Of a DNA stretch of 64,000 bases, positions 49,561 to 57,546 are shown piece by piece; positions within the stretch are counted from its first letter, which is position 1; each line of letters opens with the position of its first letter. The translations under genes and the position numbers were made by a program. The DNA is taken from the NCBI GenBank assembly GCA_963700315.1, contig CAVOXC010000011.1, positions 288,308 through 352,307 on the forward strand, read 5' to 3'. The notes under the pieces are model-generated. The model did no database searches and was not told where the DNA came from. It saw nothing but the letters and a program-made list of their open reading frames with translations. This stretch comes from an uncultured Acidobacteriota bacterium. GTDB lineage: Bacteria; Acidobacteriota; Thermoanaerobaculia; Multivoradales; JAGPDF01.

Positions 49561-50157
49561 ATGACCGCTTCCGAGCGAGGGATCACGCTCGTCGAGCTGT
49601 TGGTCGTCGTCGCGCTCGCCGGGTTGCTGCTGGCGATCGGCTTGCCGCGCTTGTTCGCCGCGGCCGGCGGCGTCACGGTGCGACTCGCCGCCGACGAGGT
49701 GATGATGGCGCTGCGCGAGACACGCATCGTCGGCCTGCGTCTCGGCACGTATGTCGGTGTCAAGTTCCGCACGGCCGCCGACGGCACGGTGACCTACACG
49801 CTCCATCGCGACGGCGATGGCGACGGCATCCGCACCGCCGACATCGAGTCGGGCGTCGACCCGGCGCTCGGATTGCCGCGCCAGCTCCAGCACTTCGGCG
49901 CGACGGTGCGCTTCGGCTTCCCCCCTGGTCCACCGCCGCGCGACCCGGGAGATCCGAGCCGCCGGCTCGATCGCCTCGACGACCCGATCCGTTTCAATCG
50001 TTCGGACATCGCCTCGTTCTCGCCGCTCGAAGGCGCGACGCCGGGCACTGTCTATCTCACCGATGGCGCGCGGCGCCTCGCCGCCGTGCGGGTCACCGGG
50101 CGCACCGGGCGGGTCCGCATCCTCGTCTACGATCCGGACCGGCAGACCTGGCGCTAG
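49561..50157 (+). CDS. Prepilin-type N-terminal methylation-domain protein (GspH/FimT-like minor pseudopilin)
   Basis: ERGITLVELLVVVALAGLLLAIGLP is a class III signal and hydrophobic helix. The size and the C-terminus ...RVTGRTGRVRI resemble GspH/FimT. Confidence 0.7.
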   Translation: MTASERGITLVELLVVVALAGLLLAIGLPRLFAAAGGVTVRLAADEVMMALRETRIVGLRLGTYVGVKFRTAADGTVTYTLHRDGDGDGIRTADIESGVDPALGLPRQLQHFGATVRFGFPPGPPPRDPGDPSRRLDRLDDPIRFNRSDIASFSPLEGATPGTVYLTDGARRLAAVRVTGRTGRVRILVYDPDRQTWR

Positions 50158-50237
50158 CAGCCTGCGGCGTGGGCGCCGCACCGGCCGGCCCGGCAGCCGT
50201 TTGACTCGCGCCGCCCGCCTCCAGTACTTTTCGCGCC

Positions 50238-50609
50238 GTGGGCGGTCTCGTCGTGGTCACCACCGTCGGAAACGAGGAGCAGGCCAACCTGCTCGCCTCG
50301 GAGCTCGTCTCGCGCCGTCATGCCGCCTGCGTCAATATCGTCCCGGGTCTGCGCTCGGTCTACCGCTGGCAGGGCAAGATCTGCCGCGACACCGAGTTCA
50401 TGTTGATCGTCAAGACCAGCGAGCGCGAGTACCCGCTGGTCGAGCAGGCGATCCAAGAGCTGCACAACTACGAGCTCCCCGAGATCCTCGCCTTCAAGGT
50501 CTGCAAGGGGGAGAAGAACTTCCTCGCCTGGATCGAGGGCTCGCTCGACAAGGACGCCCCCTTCTCCGACGAAGAAGAGCGCGACGGCCTCGACGAGACG
50601 AATTACTGA
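50238..50609 (+). CDS. cutA: Divalent-cation tolerance protein CutA
   Basis: VVVTTVGNEEQANLLASELVSRRHAACVNIVPGLRSVYRWQGKI...YELPEILAF. GTG start. Confidence 0.88.
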   Translation: MGGLVVVTTVGNEEQANLLASELVSRRHAACVNIVPGLRSVYRWQGKICRDTEFMLIVKTSEREYPLVEQAIQELHNYELPEILAFKVCKGEKNFLAWIEGSLDKDAPFSDEEERDGLDETNY

Positions 50610-51166
50610 AGCGCCCTGCCCCGTAATCGCAGCCGAAGCCTCGCGAGCGCACGCGTGAGGATCTTCTTGGCGTTGGCGTGCGAGATACCCATCCGGGTCG
50701 CAACCTCGAGCACTGTGCAGCCATCGATGTAGCGCAACCGAAGAGCTAGCGCGGCGGTAGGCGTCAGCAAACGGATCGCTCCTTGGGCGGCGATGCGAGA
50801 AACGATGGGAGTGTCGCGCCCCCGCAGGCGATGGAGCAAAGCGGCATCGAGAGCCAGCTCGCGCCGCCGAGCCACCGCTGCGCGCACTAGCTTCCTGCGC
50901 ACCACGGCGACAAACCAAGCGACCGGGTTCTCGATTCCGGCCTGTCGTTCGATCCAGAGAAGGTAGGTCGACTGGACAGCGTCTTCGAAATCGGGATCGG
51001 AGGCCGAGATCCCGAATCCACGGATCGAGGCGGCGCAGCGGGCGACGACATCGGCGCAGCCGGTCCGGTCGATCGACTCGAGCGCGCACTCGAGCGAGCC
51101 TCCTGCGCGCGGAGAGACCTCGCCGCTCGAGGCCAAGCAGTCGAGCTTCTCGTTCCTCCCCGTCAC
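50603..51166 (-). CDS. ECF-type sigma-70 family RNA polymerase sigma factor
   Basis: The region 2-like segment is DFEDAVQSTYLLWIERQAGIENPVAWFVAVVRRKL and the region 4 HTH is LRLRYIDGCTVLEVATRMGISHANAKKILTRALARLR. The proposed start is GTG 51166, with AGGAGGA about 9 nt upstream. The stop overlaps the cutA stop. Confidence 0.75.
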   Translation of the reverse strand: MTGRNEKLDCLASSGEVSPRAGGSLECALESIDRTGCADVVARCAASIRGFGISASDPDFEDAVQSTYLLWIERQAGIENPVAWFVAVVRRKLVRAAVARRRELALDAALLHRLRGRDTPIVSRIAAQGAIRLLTPTAALALRLRYIDGCTVLEVATRMGISHANAKKILTRALARLRLRLRGRALQ

Positions 51167-51357
51167 GCCGGAGCATCCTCCTGTCCCCGAAAGGTCCGCT
51201 GCCGGCACTATAAGTACGGGTGGCCGGAGTTGTCTATCGAGAGCGTCTTCTCGGTCCGGCCTGGAGAGTCGATCGTCACAGGTTCGCTTCGTCACGCCGG
51301 TGCCTTTCGGGAGCTTGCTGAGAAACTGAAGCAGAGAAACTAGAAAGGAGAGCAAGG

Positions 51358-51552
51358 ATGAGAGTCAAGTTGAGCTGGTCGGGTATCGCTTTGACGTTGC
51401 TCGCGTTGGCGAGTTTGGTCCTCGGGGCGCCGTCGGGTGCGAAGCCACCGAGCTGTGGTTCGTGCCGCGACGGCACGCTGAACATGCAGCAGCAGAGTTG
51501 TCCGGGGTCGGCTTCCGACTGCACGGAGTGCACGGTCTGCGAGCCGGGTTGA
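51358..51552 (+). CDS. Small exported Cys-rich peptide (64 aa precursor, 7 Cys in ~37-aa mature part)
   Basis: AAGGAG lies 7 nt upstream of the ATG. The Sec-type signal is MRVKLSWSGIALTLLALASLVLGAPSGA and the mature part is KPPSCGSCRDGTLNMQQQSCPGSASDCTECTVCEPG. The codons have clearly lower GC than the flanks. Confidence 0.6.
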   Translation: MRVKLSWSGIALTLLALASLVLGAPSGAKPPSCGSCRDGTLNMQQQSCPGSASDCTECTVCEPG

Positions 51553-51593
51553 GGATGACGTAGCGGAGCTCGCGACGGCTACAGGGTATCGGT

Positions 51594-52736
51594 GTGACGA
51601 GCCGAATTCTGCTTGTGATCCTCGCGTGGGGAGCCCATGCGGCGTGGCTGCCCGCCACCTGTGCGGGCTCCCGGCGCGCGGCGGCCGCACCCTGCCGTGG
51701 GGCGAACCTCGACCCGCCACCGGGTTACTTCTTCACGGGCGCCTGGCTGAGCGATGGCGAGGCGCTGGTCCTTCCGGACGTGGCGGATGGAGCGCTCGCG
51801 ATCTACGCGGCCCCGACCGGGGTGCGCACCGAGCGGAGGATCCGGCCCGGCCGGAAGCTCTTCGACTACTCCCGTCCGGGCAGGATCGCTCCGCGTCCGG
51901 GGGGGTACTTGCTGGAGGACGGCAACCTGCGCTTCCTGAAGCTCGACCCGAGACTGGAGCCCGGAGGCCTATTGGATCTCGCGACGACGTTGGAGCGGGG
52001 AGTGGACTGGGAGGCCGCGCCGTTCGCGTGGGCACCGTACCGTGGCGCTCTGGCCGGCTTCGGGGATTTCCGCAGCGCCGGCGGAGAGTGGAAGACGGGG
52101 GTCTTCGTCGTCCGAGATGGACCGCGGCTCGAGCTCGACGTGCTTCTCGAGACGCCCTCGACGCGTGCCCGGATCGTCCCGTACCTGAGCGATACGCCGC
52201 TCCTCGCCTCGGATGGCAAGACCCTCTACTTCCTCGACCTGCTGGATCGGCGAGCCATCCTCCGCTTCGAAGACGGCACGGTCGAAGAGACCTTCCGACT
52301 CGACCCCGCCTTCGCGGATTCCAGCCGCCTGCCCCCCCCGGGGGGAAGAGCCGCGATCGAGCAGATCTACGCGGCGCTCTCGCGCTCGAACCTCGCCGTT
52401 CAGCTCCATGCCGCGGACGGGCTCCTCTTCCTTCTGCTACGCGCGCAGGGATCGCTAGGCGAGCGGCTCTGGTTCCTCGAAGTCGTCGATCCCGCGCTCC
52501 GCCGAAGCCTCGGCCGCCTCAGGCTCCCCACCGACGCGGACCACCTCACGATCGTGCCCGGGCGCAACGCTTGGGCGCTGCTCGAGAAGGGCCCGGTTCG
52601 ACCCGGTCCGCGCTTCGAGTGGGCGCGTCTCCGTCTTGTTCCCGGGAGCCGGATCCAGGGCGCGCTCAGCGAGCTCCGTAGAGGAAAGGGCGGCGAGCTC
52701 GCGCCGTGCGACGCGCAGTCGCTTACTTCGCGCTGA
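51594..52736 (+). CDS. Exported hypothetical protein (~380 aa), beta-rich
   Basis: N-terminal signal-like MTSRILLVILAWGAHAA. Repeated short beta-strand/turn pattern (LVLPDVADGALAIY, YLLEDGNLRFLKLD, LLASDGKTLYFLDL, LLFLLLRAQG). No motif recognised. Confidence 0.55.
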   Translation: MTSRILLVILAWGAHAAWLPATCAGSRRAAAAPCRGANLDPPPGYFFTGAWLSDGEALVLPDVADGALAIYAAPTGVRTERRIRPGRKLFDYSRPGRIAPRPGGYLLEDGNLRFLKLDPRLEPGGLLDLATTLERGVDWEAAPFAWAPYRGALAGFGDFRSAGGEWKTGVFVVRDGPRLELDVLLETPSTRARIVPYLSDTPLLASDGKTLYFLDLLDRRAILRFEDGTVEETFRLDPAFADSSRLPPPGGRAAIEQIYAALSRSNLAVQLHAADGLLFLLLRAQGSLGERLWFLEVVDPALRRSLGRLRLPTDADHLTIVPGRNAWALLEKGPVRPGPRFEWARLRLVPGSRIQGALSELRRGKGGELAPCDAQSLTSR

Positions 52737-53206
52737 CGGTCTCATGGGTCGCCGTAGGCGCCTGTTCCGGGCCCGCGACGCGATCCACGAGAGCCGGTCT
52801 CTTTCCTGACTCGCATTCCGCCGAGCTCGAAGCGAGGCTGACGCTGGACGAAGAGCTCGCGGTCTTCTATTGGCCCGCGGTCGAGCTATGCGATCCCGCG
52901 GCGGTCGCGGCGGCAGTCGCGCTCGAGAAGCTCGCCCGCGAGGAGCAGACCATTCGCGTAACCACCATAGTGCCGAAGGGCACGAGAAATGCGATCGAGC
53001 GCCTCGGCGTCCCCTACCCGGGGGAGACCCTCGAAGTTCCTCCGCGCCAATACCACGCGGCGGGTTGGCTCGTGCCGCTTCCTCGGGTTGAGGTTTGGAG
53101 TCGCGACGGAAGATTGATGCTGCTGAAGGCGATTCCGCCCAACCCGAATCAAGCCACGCAGCTCGGGGAGGAGATCCGATGGTTTCTCGCCATTCCCGTC
53201 ATGTGA
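52706..53206 (+). CDS. Lipoprotein, possibly a degenerate thioredoxin-like fold
   Basis: Lipobox ALTVSWVAVGAC. VFYWPAVELCDP sits where redoxins carry WCxxC, and only one Cys is present. It overlaps the neighbouring genes at both ends. Confidence 0.45.
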   Translation: MRRAVAYFALTVSWVAVGACSGPATRSTRAGLFPDSHSAELEARLTLDEELAVFYWPAVELCDPAAVAAAVALEKLAREEQTIRVTTIVPKGTRNAIERLGVPYPGETLEVPPRQYHAAGWLVPLPRVEVWSRDGRLMLLKAIPPNPNQATQLGEEIRWFLAIPVM

Positions 53207-55962
53207 AGCGAATCCACCGTGCCCTCCTGTGGTTCGCTCTTGGTCTCGCACCTCCGCTGGTCCCGGGAGCCGATGCGCTCGGAGGTCCCGTCTTCGTGGA
53301 CCGTCGTGGCGATCCGGTCGCTGGCGCTCGGATATTCTTGTTCGACCGAGTGGAGGAGAACGCAAGCCTGATGGCACGTTCCGAGGCCTACTTCGAGACT
53401 CGAACCGGATTCGACGGACGCCCCGTCGATCGACTCCCGATCTCGGAGGGCGTCCTCGTCGTGGTGGATGACGGGCGACACGCACCCTGGGAATGGCGCG
53501 AGCGCGAGGATCTGCCGGAACGGGTCGTCTTCCGCGAAGGAGCATCTCTATCGGGTACCTTTCGGCTCGTCGCCGGTCCAGAAGGCTCGATCCCGCTGCT
53601 CGCGGCCTGCGCGAGCTGGGAGAAGTCCTATGAAGAGTGGCGGAGAACGGTCAGGTTCGAGCGCTGTCGTTTCGAACAGGAGAAGAATCGGTTTCGATTG
53701 TCCGGAATACCCGAGACGCCAGTCATGGTCGAGCTGCGCGCACCGCTGGCGTTACCGTGGCGACGCGAAGCGCGAGCCAACGAAGACCTCCAGGCTCTGC
53801 TGGAGCCTGGAATCCTGATTCAAGGCCAAGTCGAGGACGGTCGTGGGGCGCCCATCGCCGGAGCCGAGATACGCGCGGCCAGCGGAGAGGCCGATGGCAC
53901 CGCAATCTCGAATCACAACGGCGCTTTTGCGCTCGCCGTGCGCAGCCTGCCGATAGAGATGGTTGCTCAGGCGGATGGGTATCGCCGCCTGAGCCTGGTT
54001 GCCCAGGCCGAGCGCCTCGACCGCGAGAAGAAGATCCGGATTCGACTCGATCCCGCATTCGTGGTCCGGGGCGAGCTGCGGGCAACGTGCGGCCACTTAC
54101 CCGACCCCATTCGGCTCGACCTGGGCTCGGTCGAGGGGGGTACGAGCCCGAAGTCCCAGGCGCTGTCGCTGACGGCCGAGCAGGGGAAGCTTCGCCTCGA
54201 GGTCGAGCGCCCCGGCCGCTACACGGTCAGAGTCGGCGGAAGAGGGGTTCGCTGGAGCGACCCGATTCCATTCGAGGCGGAAATGCAAGGGGTCTGGGAT
54301 CTCGGACTCATCGAGCTCGGATGTGGTGCCGGGGTTCGCGGCCGCGTCGTCTCGGCCGCATCCGGCGAGGCGTTGCCGCGAGTACGTCTCCTTCTTCGCC
54401 CGAAGGGAACAGGCATCCTGGAGCAGCTGCGATTTCACGAGGCCCATCGGACCTCGACGGGCGCGAGCGGCGAATTCGAGATCCTCGGCGCGCGCTCGGG
54501 AGCGTATGTCCTCAGAGCGGCCGGGCCGGGAGGTCTCCGGCGCGACGAGCCTATCGAGCTGGAGCAGGACGAAGTCGTCGATCTGGGAACGCTCCGCTTG
54601 GCACCCCCGGTCCTCGTCTTGGGGCGGGTCGAGTCCAGGTCCGGGAAACCAAGATCCGGCGTCCTCGTCGAAGCGCTGGATTCTCAAGGGACGCTCCTTG
54701 AGCCCTTGGCCCTTGCGACGAGCACCGACGACGGGAGCTTCGAGTTTCCCTTGTCCGCCGGAAGATACCTCCTGCGAGCGCGAAGAGGGCGAACCCTGGT
54801 GGCCCAGGAGGTCGATGTCCCCGAGGGCGAGGAATCGATCGAGGTCGCCCTGACTACCCGGGAGGTACGCCTGCTCGGAATTGTCCGGTCGGCGGGCGAA
54901 GCGGTACCCGGTGGCTGGGTGGAATGGGTGGATGCCGCCGATCCGGGCCTGCGCCGGGGGAAGCTCGTCCTGCAGTCCGATTCCGCCGCCGCGGGCGGAT
55001 CGTCAATTCACGGTCTGCCGGAATCTCGGACGGGAACCGAAGTTCGGGCGGACGGGACATTCGAGATCGAAGAGGCCGCCGCGGGCCGCGGGTGGCTCGA
55101 CTACGAGAGCCGGGCGGGGAGGAGACACCGACAGCCGGTCGACCTTCTGGACGTGACCGAGACATTCGTCGTCGTGGACCTCGACGCCCCGCCCCTCGAG
55201 GGCCTCGTCGTGGAGGAAAGCTCGGACTCAGGAATCGAGGCGACCGTTGCCCTTCTGTCGGAAAGCGGCGGGCGCGTTGCCGCATCGCCCTCGAGCCCGT
55301 TGTCGGGCTTCTCGTTCGAGAATGTGGAGTCGGGAAAGTATCGAATCGAGGCGCGCGCGGAGGACTATGCAACGGGCTCTTGGCCGATCGAGCTCGCCGA
55401 CGAGAGGTCGCCGCTCCGGCTGGCTCTCGAGAGGGCAGAGAGCGCGTCGATTCGAGTCCGTTTGCGACGAGAGGGAGGGGAGCCCGTCTCCTGGGCGGCG
55501 GTCGCACTGCTGACCGAGTCCGGCGCGGTCGTGCGGTCGCTCCACACCAATCCCGCGGGGGAGATCAAGTTCGTTGAGCTCGCGGCTGGACGCTACCTTG
55601 TGGCGTGGTCGGATGCCCTAGCCGGTGCCGGTGCGTCGGGGCCGTTTGCGGTGACCGCCGGGGAGCCCGCAGAGGCGGACCTTCTCCTGGGGCGAGGAAG
55701 TGACCTCTTCGTCGAGTGTCCGGCCGAAAGTTGTGGAGGCCACCTACTGCAGTGGGCTCAGGTGCTGACGAGCTCCGGAGTGGACATCGGCTTTCTCCTG
55801 AGTGGCCTGGGCTCGGCGCGAAGCGTGTCGTCCAACGGGGCGTTGCGGCTCGGGAGGCTCTCTCCTGGTGCCCCCTACCGGGTGAGGCTCTCTATCGGGG
55901 ACTACCAGGGCGATTTCACGGTGATGCCGGGCGGCGGCGCGATCACGCTTCATCTTCCGTGA
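53179..55962 (+). CDS. Large exported protein built from ~8 carboxypeptidase-regulatory-like (Ig-like beta-sandwich) repeats
   Basis: ATG 53179 after GGGGAGGAG. Signal-like ALLWFALGLAPPLVPGADA. Recurrent G.V.D..G.P..GA.V...........G.F.L..L..G.Y.L repeats (for example IQGQVEDGRGAPIAGAEIRA, VRGRVVSAASGEALPRVRLLL, VLGRVESRSGKPRSGVLVEAL). Confidence 0.7.
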   Translation: MVSRHSRHVKRIHRALLWFALGLAPPLVPGADALGGPVFVDRRGDPVAGARIFLFDRVEENASLMARSEAYFETRTGFDGRPVDRLPISEGVLVVVDDGRHAPWEWREREDLPERVVFREGASLSGTFRLVAGPEGSIPLLAACASWEKSYEEWRRTVRFERCRFEQEKNRFRLSGIPETPVMVELRAPLALPWRREARANEDLQALLEPGILIQGQVEDGRGAPIAGAEIRAASGEADGTAISNHNGAFALAVRSLPIEMVAQADGYRRLSLVAQAERLDREKKIRIRLDPAFVVRGELRATCGHLPDPIRLDLGSVEGGTSPKSQALSLTAEQGKLRLEVERPGRYTVRVGGRGVRWSDPIPFEAEMQGVWDLGLIELGCGAGVRGRVVSAASGEALPRVRLLLRPKGTGILEQLRFHEAHRTSTGASGEFEILGARSGAYVLRAAGPGGLRRDEPIELEQDEVVDLGTLRLAPPVLVLGRVESRSGKPRSGVLVEALDSQGTLLEPLALATSTDDGSFEFPLSAGRYLLRARRGRTLVAQEVDVPEGEESIEVALTTREVRLLGIVRSAGEAVPGGWVEWVDAADPGLRRGKLVLQSDSAAAGGSSIHGLPESRTGTEVRADGTFEIEEAAAGRGWLDYESRAGRRHRQPVDLLDVTETFVVVDLDAPPLEGLVVEESSDSGIEATVALLSESGGRVAASPSSPLSGFSFENVESGKYRIEARAEDYATGSWPIELADERSPLRLALERAESASIRVRLRREGGEPVSWAAVALLTESGAVVRSLHTNPAGEIKFVELAAGRYLVAWSDALAGAGASGPFAVTAGEPAEADLLLGRGSDLFVECPAESCGGHLLQWAQVLTSSGVDIGFLLSGLGSARSVSSNGALRLGRLSPGAPYRVRLSIGDYQGDFTVMPGGGAITLHLP

Positions 55963-56064
55963 CAAGCGGACGTGTTCCAGTTGAACAGAAGCAACGACTA
56001 AAGGTGGCCGAGGCGCTCTCCCATCTCGTGGCACTGGCGCAATGCCGCGCGGAGGCGACTCGAG

Positions 56065-56254
56065 CGAGCCCGAGCGCGAGGCGATCGGGCCGGCGATCCA
56101 CGAGCCGCGCGTCCACGAGCTCCCCGAGATCCTCGCCTTCAAGGTCTGCAAGGGGGAGAAGAACTTCCTCGCCTGGATCGAGGGCTCGCTCGACAAAGAC
56201 GCCCCCTTCTCCGACGAAGAAGAACGCGACGGCCTCGACGAGACGAACTACTAG
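56065..56254 (+). pseudogene. Orphan duplicate of the cutA 3' end
   Basis: 56115-56254 equals 50470-50609 with 5 mismatches (the stop changes from TGA to TAG). More diverged homology continues upstream to about 56065. The N-terminal two thirds of CutA are missing. Confidence 0.85.
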
Positions 56255-56337
56255 AGCGCCTGCTCGCCGATCGTGGGTGCCCCCGCGCCAGCTTGCCTGG
56301 CGTTCTGCCGGCGGCGCCCTCTCCGCGCCCCATTCAT

Positions 56338-56439
56338 GTCGTCCTGAGCGCAGCGAAGGACCTTGCGTGATCGGCGAGGAGCCACCGTCCTCGCTTCTTC
56401 AGGCGAGGGCGCGAGATCCTTCACTTCGTTCAGGATGAC
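56338..56439 (+). repeat. Copy C of the ~100-bp hairpin element
   Basis: Nearly identical to 35578-35679. Confidence 0.85.
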
Positions 56440-56535
56440 AGTGGGCAGGCGTTCAGGGTGACAACGGGCGCAGTTCCGGCTGACATCGGGGGGCGTTCAG
56501 GCTGACGTCGGAGGGCAATCAGGCCGACATCGAGC
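56440..56535 (+). repeat. Four tandem ~23-bp units
   Basis: The units GGCGTTCAGGGTGACAACGG, GCAGTTCCGGCTGACATCGG, GGCGTTCAGGCTGACGTCGG and GCAATCAGGCCGACATCGAG. Single related units follow hairpin copies A and B. Confidence 0.65.
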
Positions 56536-56538
56536 AGG

Positions 56539-56788
56539 GGCTTGTGTCTCGCCCTGGCAGGAACGAGACGCGGTGTGCGTGGGTGCCTTGCCGGAGGAAG
56601 CTTGAGGGCTCGCATGCTGAAGGATGCGAGCGCCTGAGTAGCGGCCGCGAGACCGAACGCAGCCGGCCGCTCCAAGAGACTCCAGGCGGACGGCGGTTCC
56701 GCAGGCAAGGGACCCACGCACGCCGCCCCGCCACCAGAGGCGCCCAACAACCGAATCAGCGTGTATTCAGAACGAGCGCAGCGAATCC
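56539..56788 (-). repeat. X element, inverted copy
   Basis: Reverse complement of 35294-35543 at about 90% identity by eye. Confidence 0.8.
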
Positions 56789-56806
56789 GCAGCGCCCCCC
56801 TTCGGC

Positions 56807-57367
56807 TTACTTCTCCGCGGTCCTCGAATCGCTGTCCGCTGCGTGGGGCGGAGTCACCGTGCCGGTCTGCGCGTCGAGCGTCTTGGTGTCGTAGTAGACG
56901 TGCTCCTCGGCGAGCTTGCCGCCGGCGATGCGCCACATCGTGGCGCCCGAGACGTCGACCTTCGCCGGCTCCGCGCCTTCGGCCGTGAAGGTGCCCGTGA
57001 CCGTCCACTCGGCGAATGCGACGTCCTTGCCGTAGGCGGCCTGGTTCATGACGATGTGGAAGTCGGGATAGGTGGCGTGGACCTGCTGCATGAACGCCTT
57101 CAGCTCGTCGATGCTGTCGGCGTTCTGGTCGGGGGCGCGGCGGACGTAGTTCGCGGCCAGCAGGCCGTCGAGCTTGGCGTAGTCTCTCGCGTCCCAGACC
57201 TCGAACATGGTGTCCATCATGGGCGCGTACTCGGCGGCGTAGTCGGGAGCGGCCGGAGCGGCGGGCGCCGGCGCCTGGGCCTGGCAGGCGGCGAGCGACG
57301 AGAAAGCGACGGCAAGTACGGCGAGACGGGCGATGCGTGAGCCATTGCGCATGCGTTGCTCCTTCAC
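56807..57367 (-). CDS. SnoaL/NTF2-like lipoprotein (ester-cyclase-like fold)
   Basis: Lipobox LAVAFSSLAAC. FEVWDARDYAKLDGLLAANYVRRAP...FMQQVHATYPDFHIVMNQ...VAFAEWTVTGT resembles SnoaL-like domains. Confidence 0.55.
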   Translation of the reverse strand: MKEQRMRNGSRIARLAVLAVAFSSLAACQAQAPAPAAPAAPDYAAEYAPMMDTMFEVWDARDYAKLDGLLAANYVRRAPDQNADSIDELKAFMQQVHATYPDFHIVMNQAAYGKDVAFAEWTVTGTFTAEGAEPAKVDVSGATMWRIAGGKLAEEHVYYDTKTLDAQTGTVTPPHAADSDSRTAEK

Positions 57368-57546
57368 TGGGTTGCTGGAGAGAGGGGTTCACTCCCGGCG
57401 CGCGGAGCGCTGGGCGGAACTCGAGACGCCTGGAATCAGAGGTGCAGAAATCAGGGTATCACGGCGAGCGGCGAGCGGGCGGGCGGGCCTGCCGTTCCGG
57501 CGCGAGCGGTGACAGGTGCAGAGCGGCAGCTGTCACCGGCGCAATC

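Noticed and set aside
50610-56064. Integrase, transposase or phage genes expected inside the cutA island (the same expectation applies to 18518-19052)
   Set aside because: I read all six frames and found no ORF with recombinase-like motifs, such as an R..H..R..Y tyrosine-recombinase pattern, a DDE motif or a serine-recombinase N-terminus. Absence by eye is not proof, so an HMM scan is still needed.
56042-56254. 70-aa ORF as a functional mini-CutA
   Set aside because: It lacks the N-terminal two thirds of the CutA fold, and the region upstream of the conserved 47 residues is diverged with no RBS. It is better explained as an orphan 3' fragment left by the island insertion.
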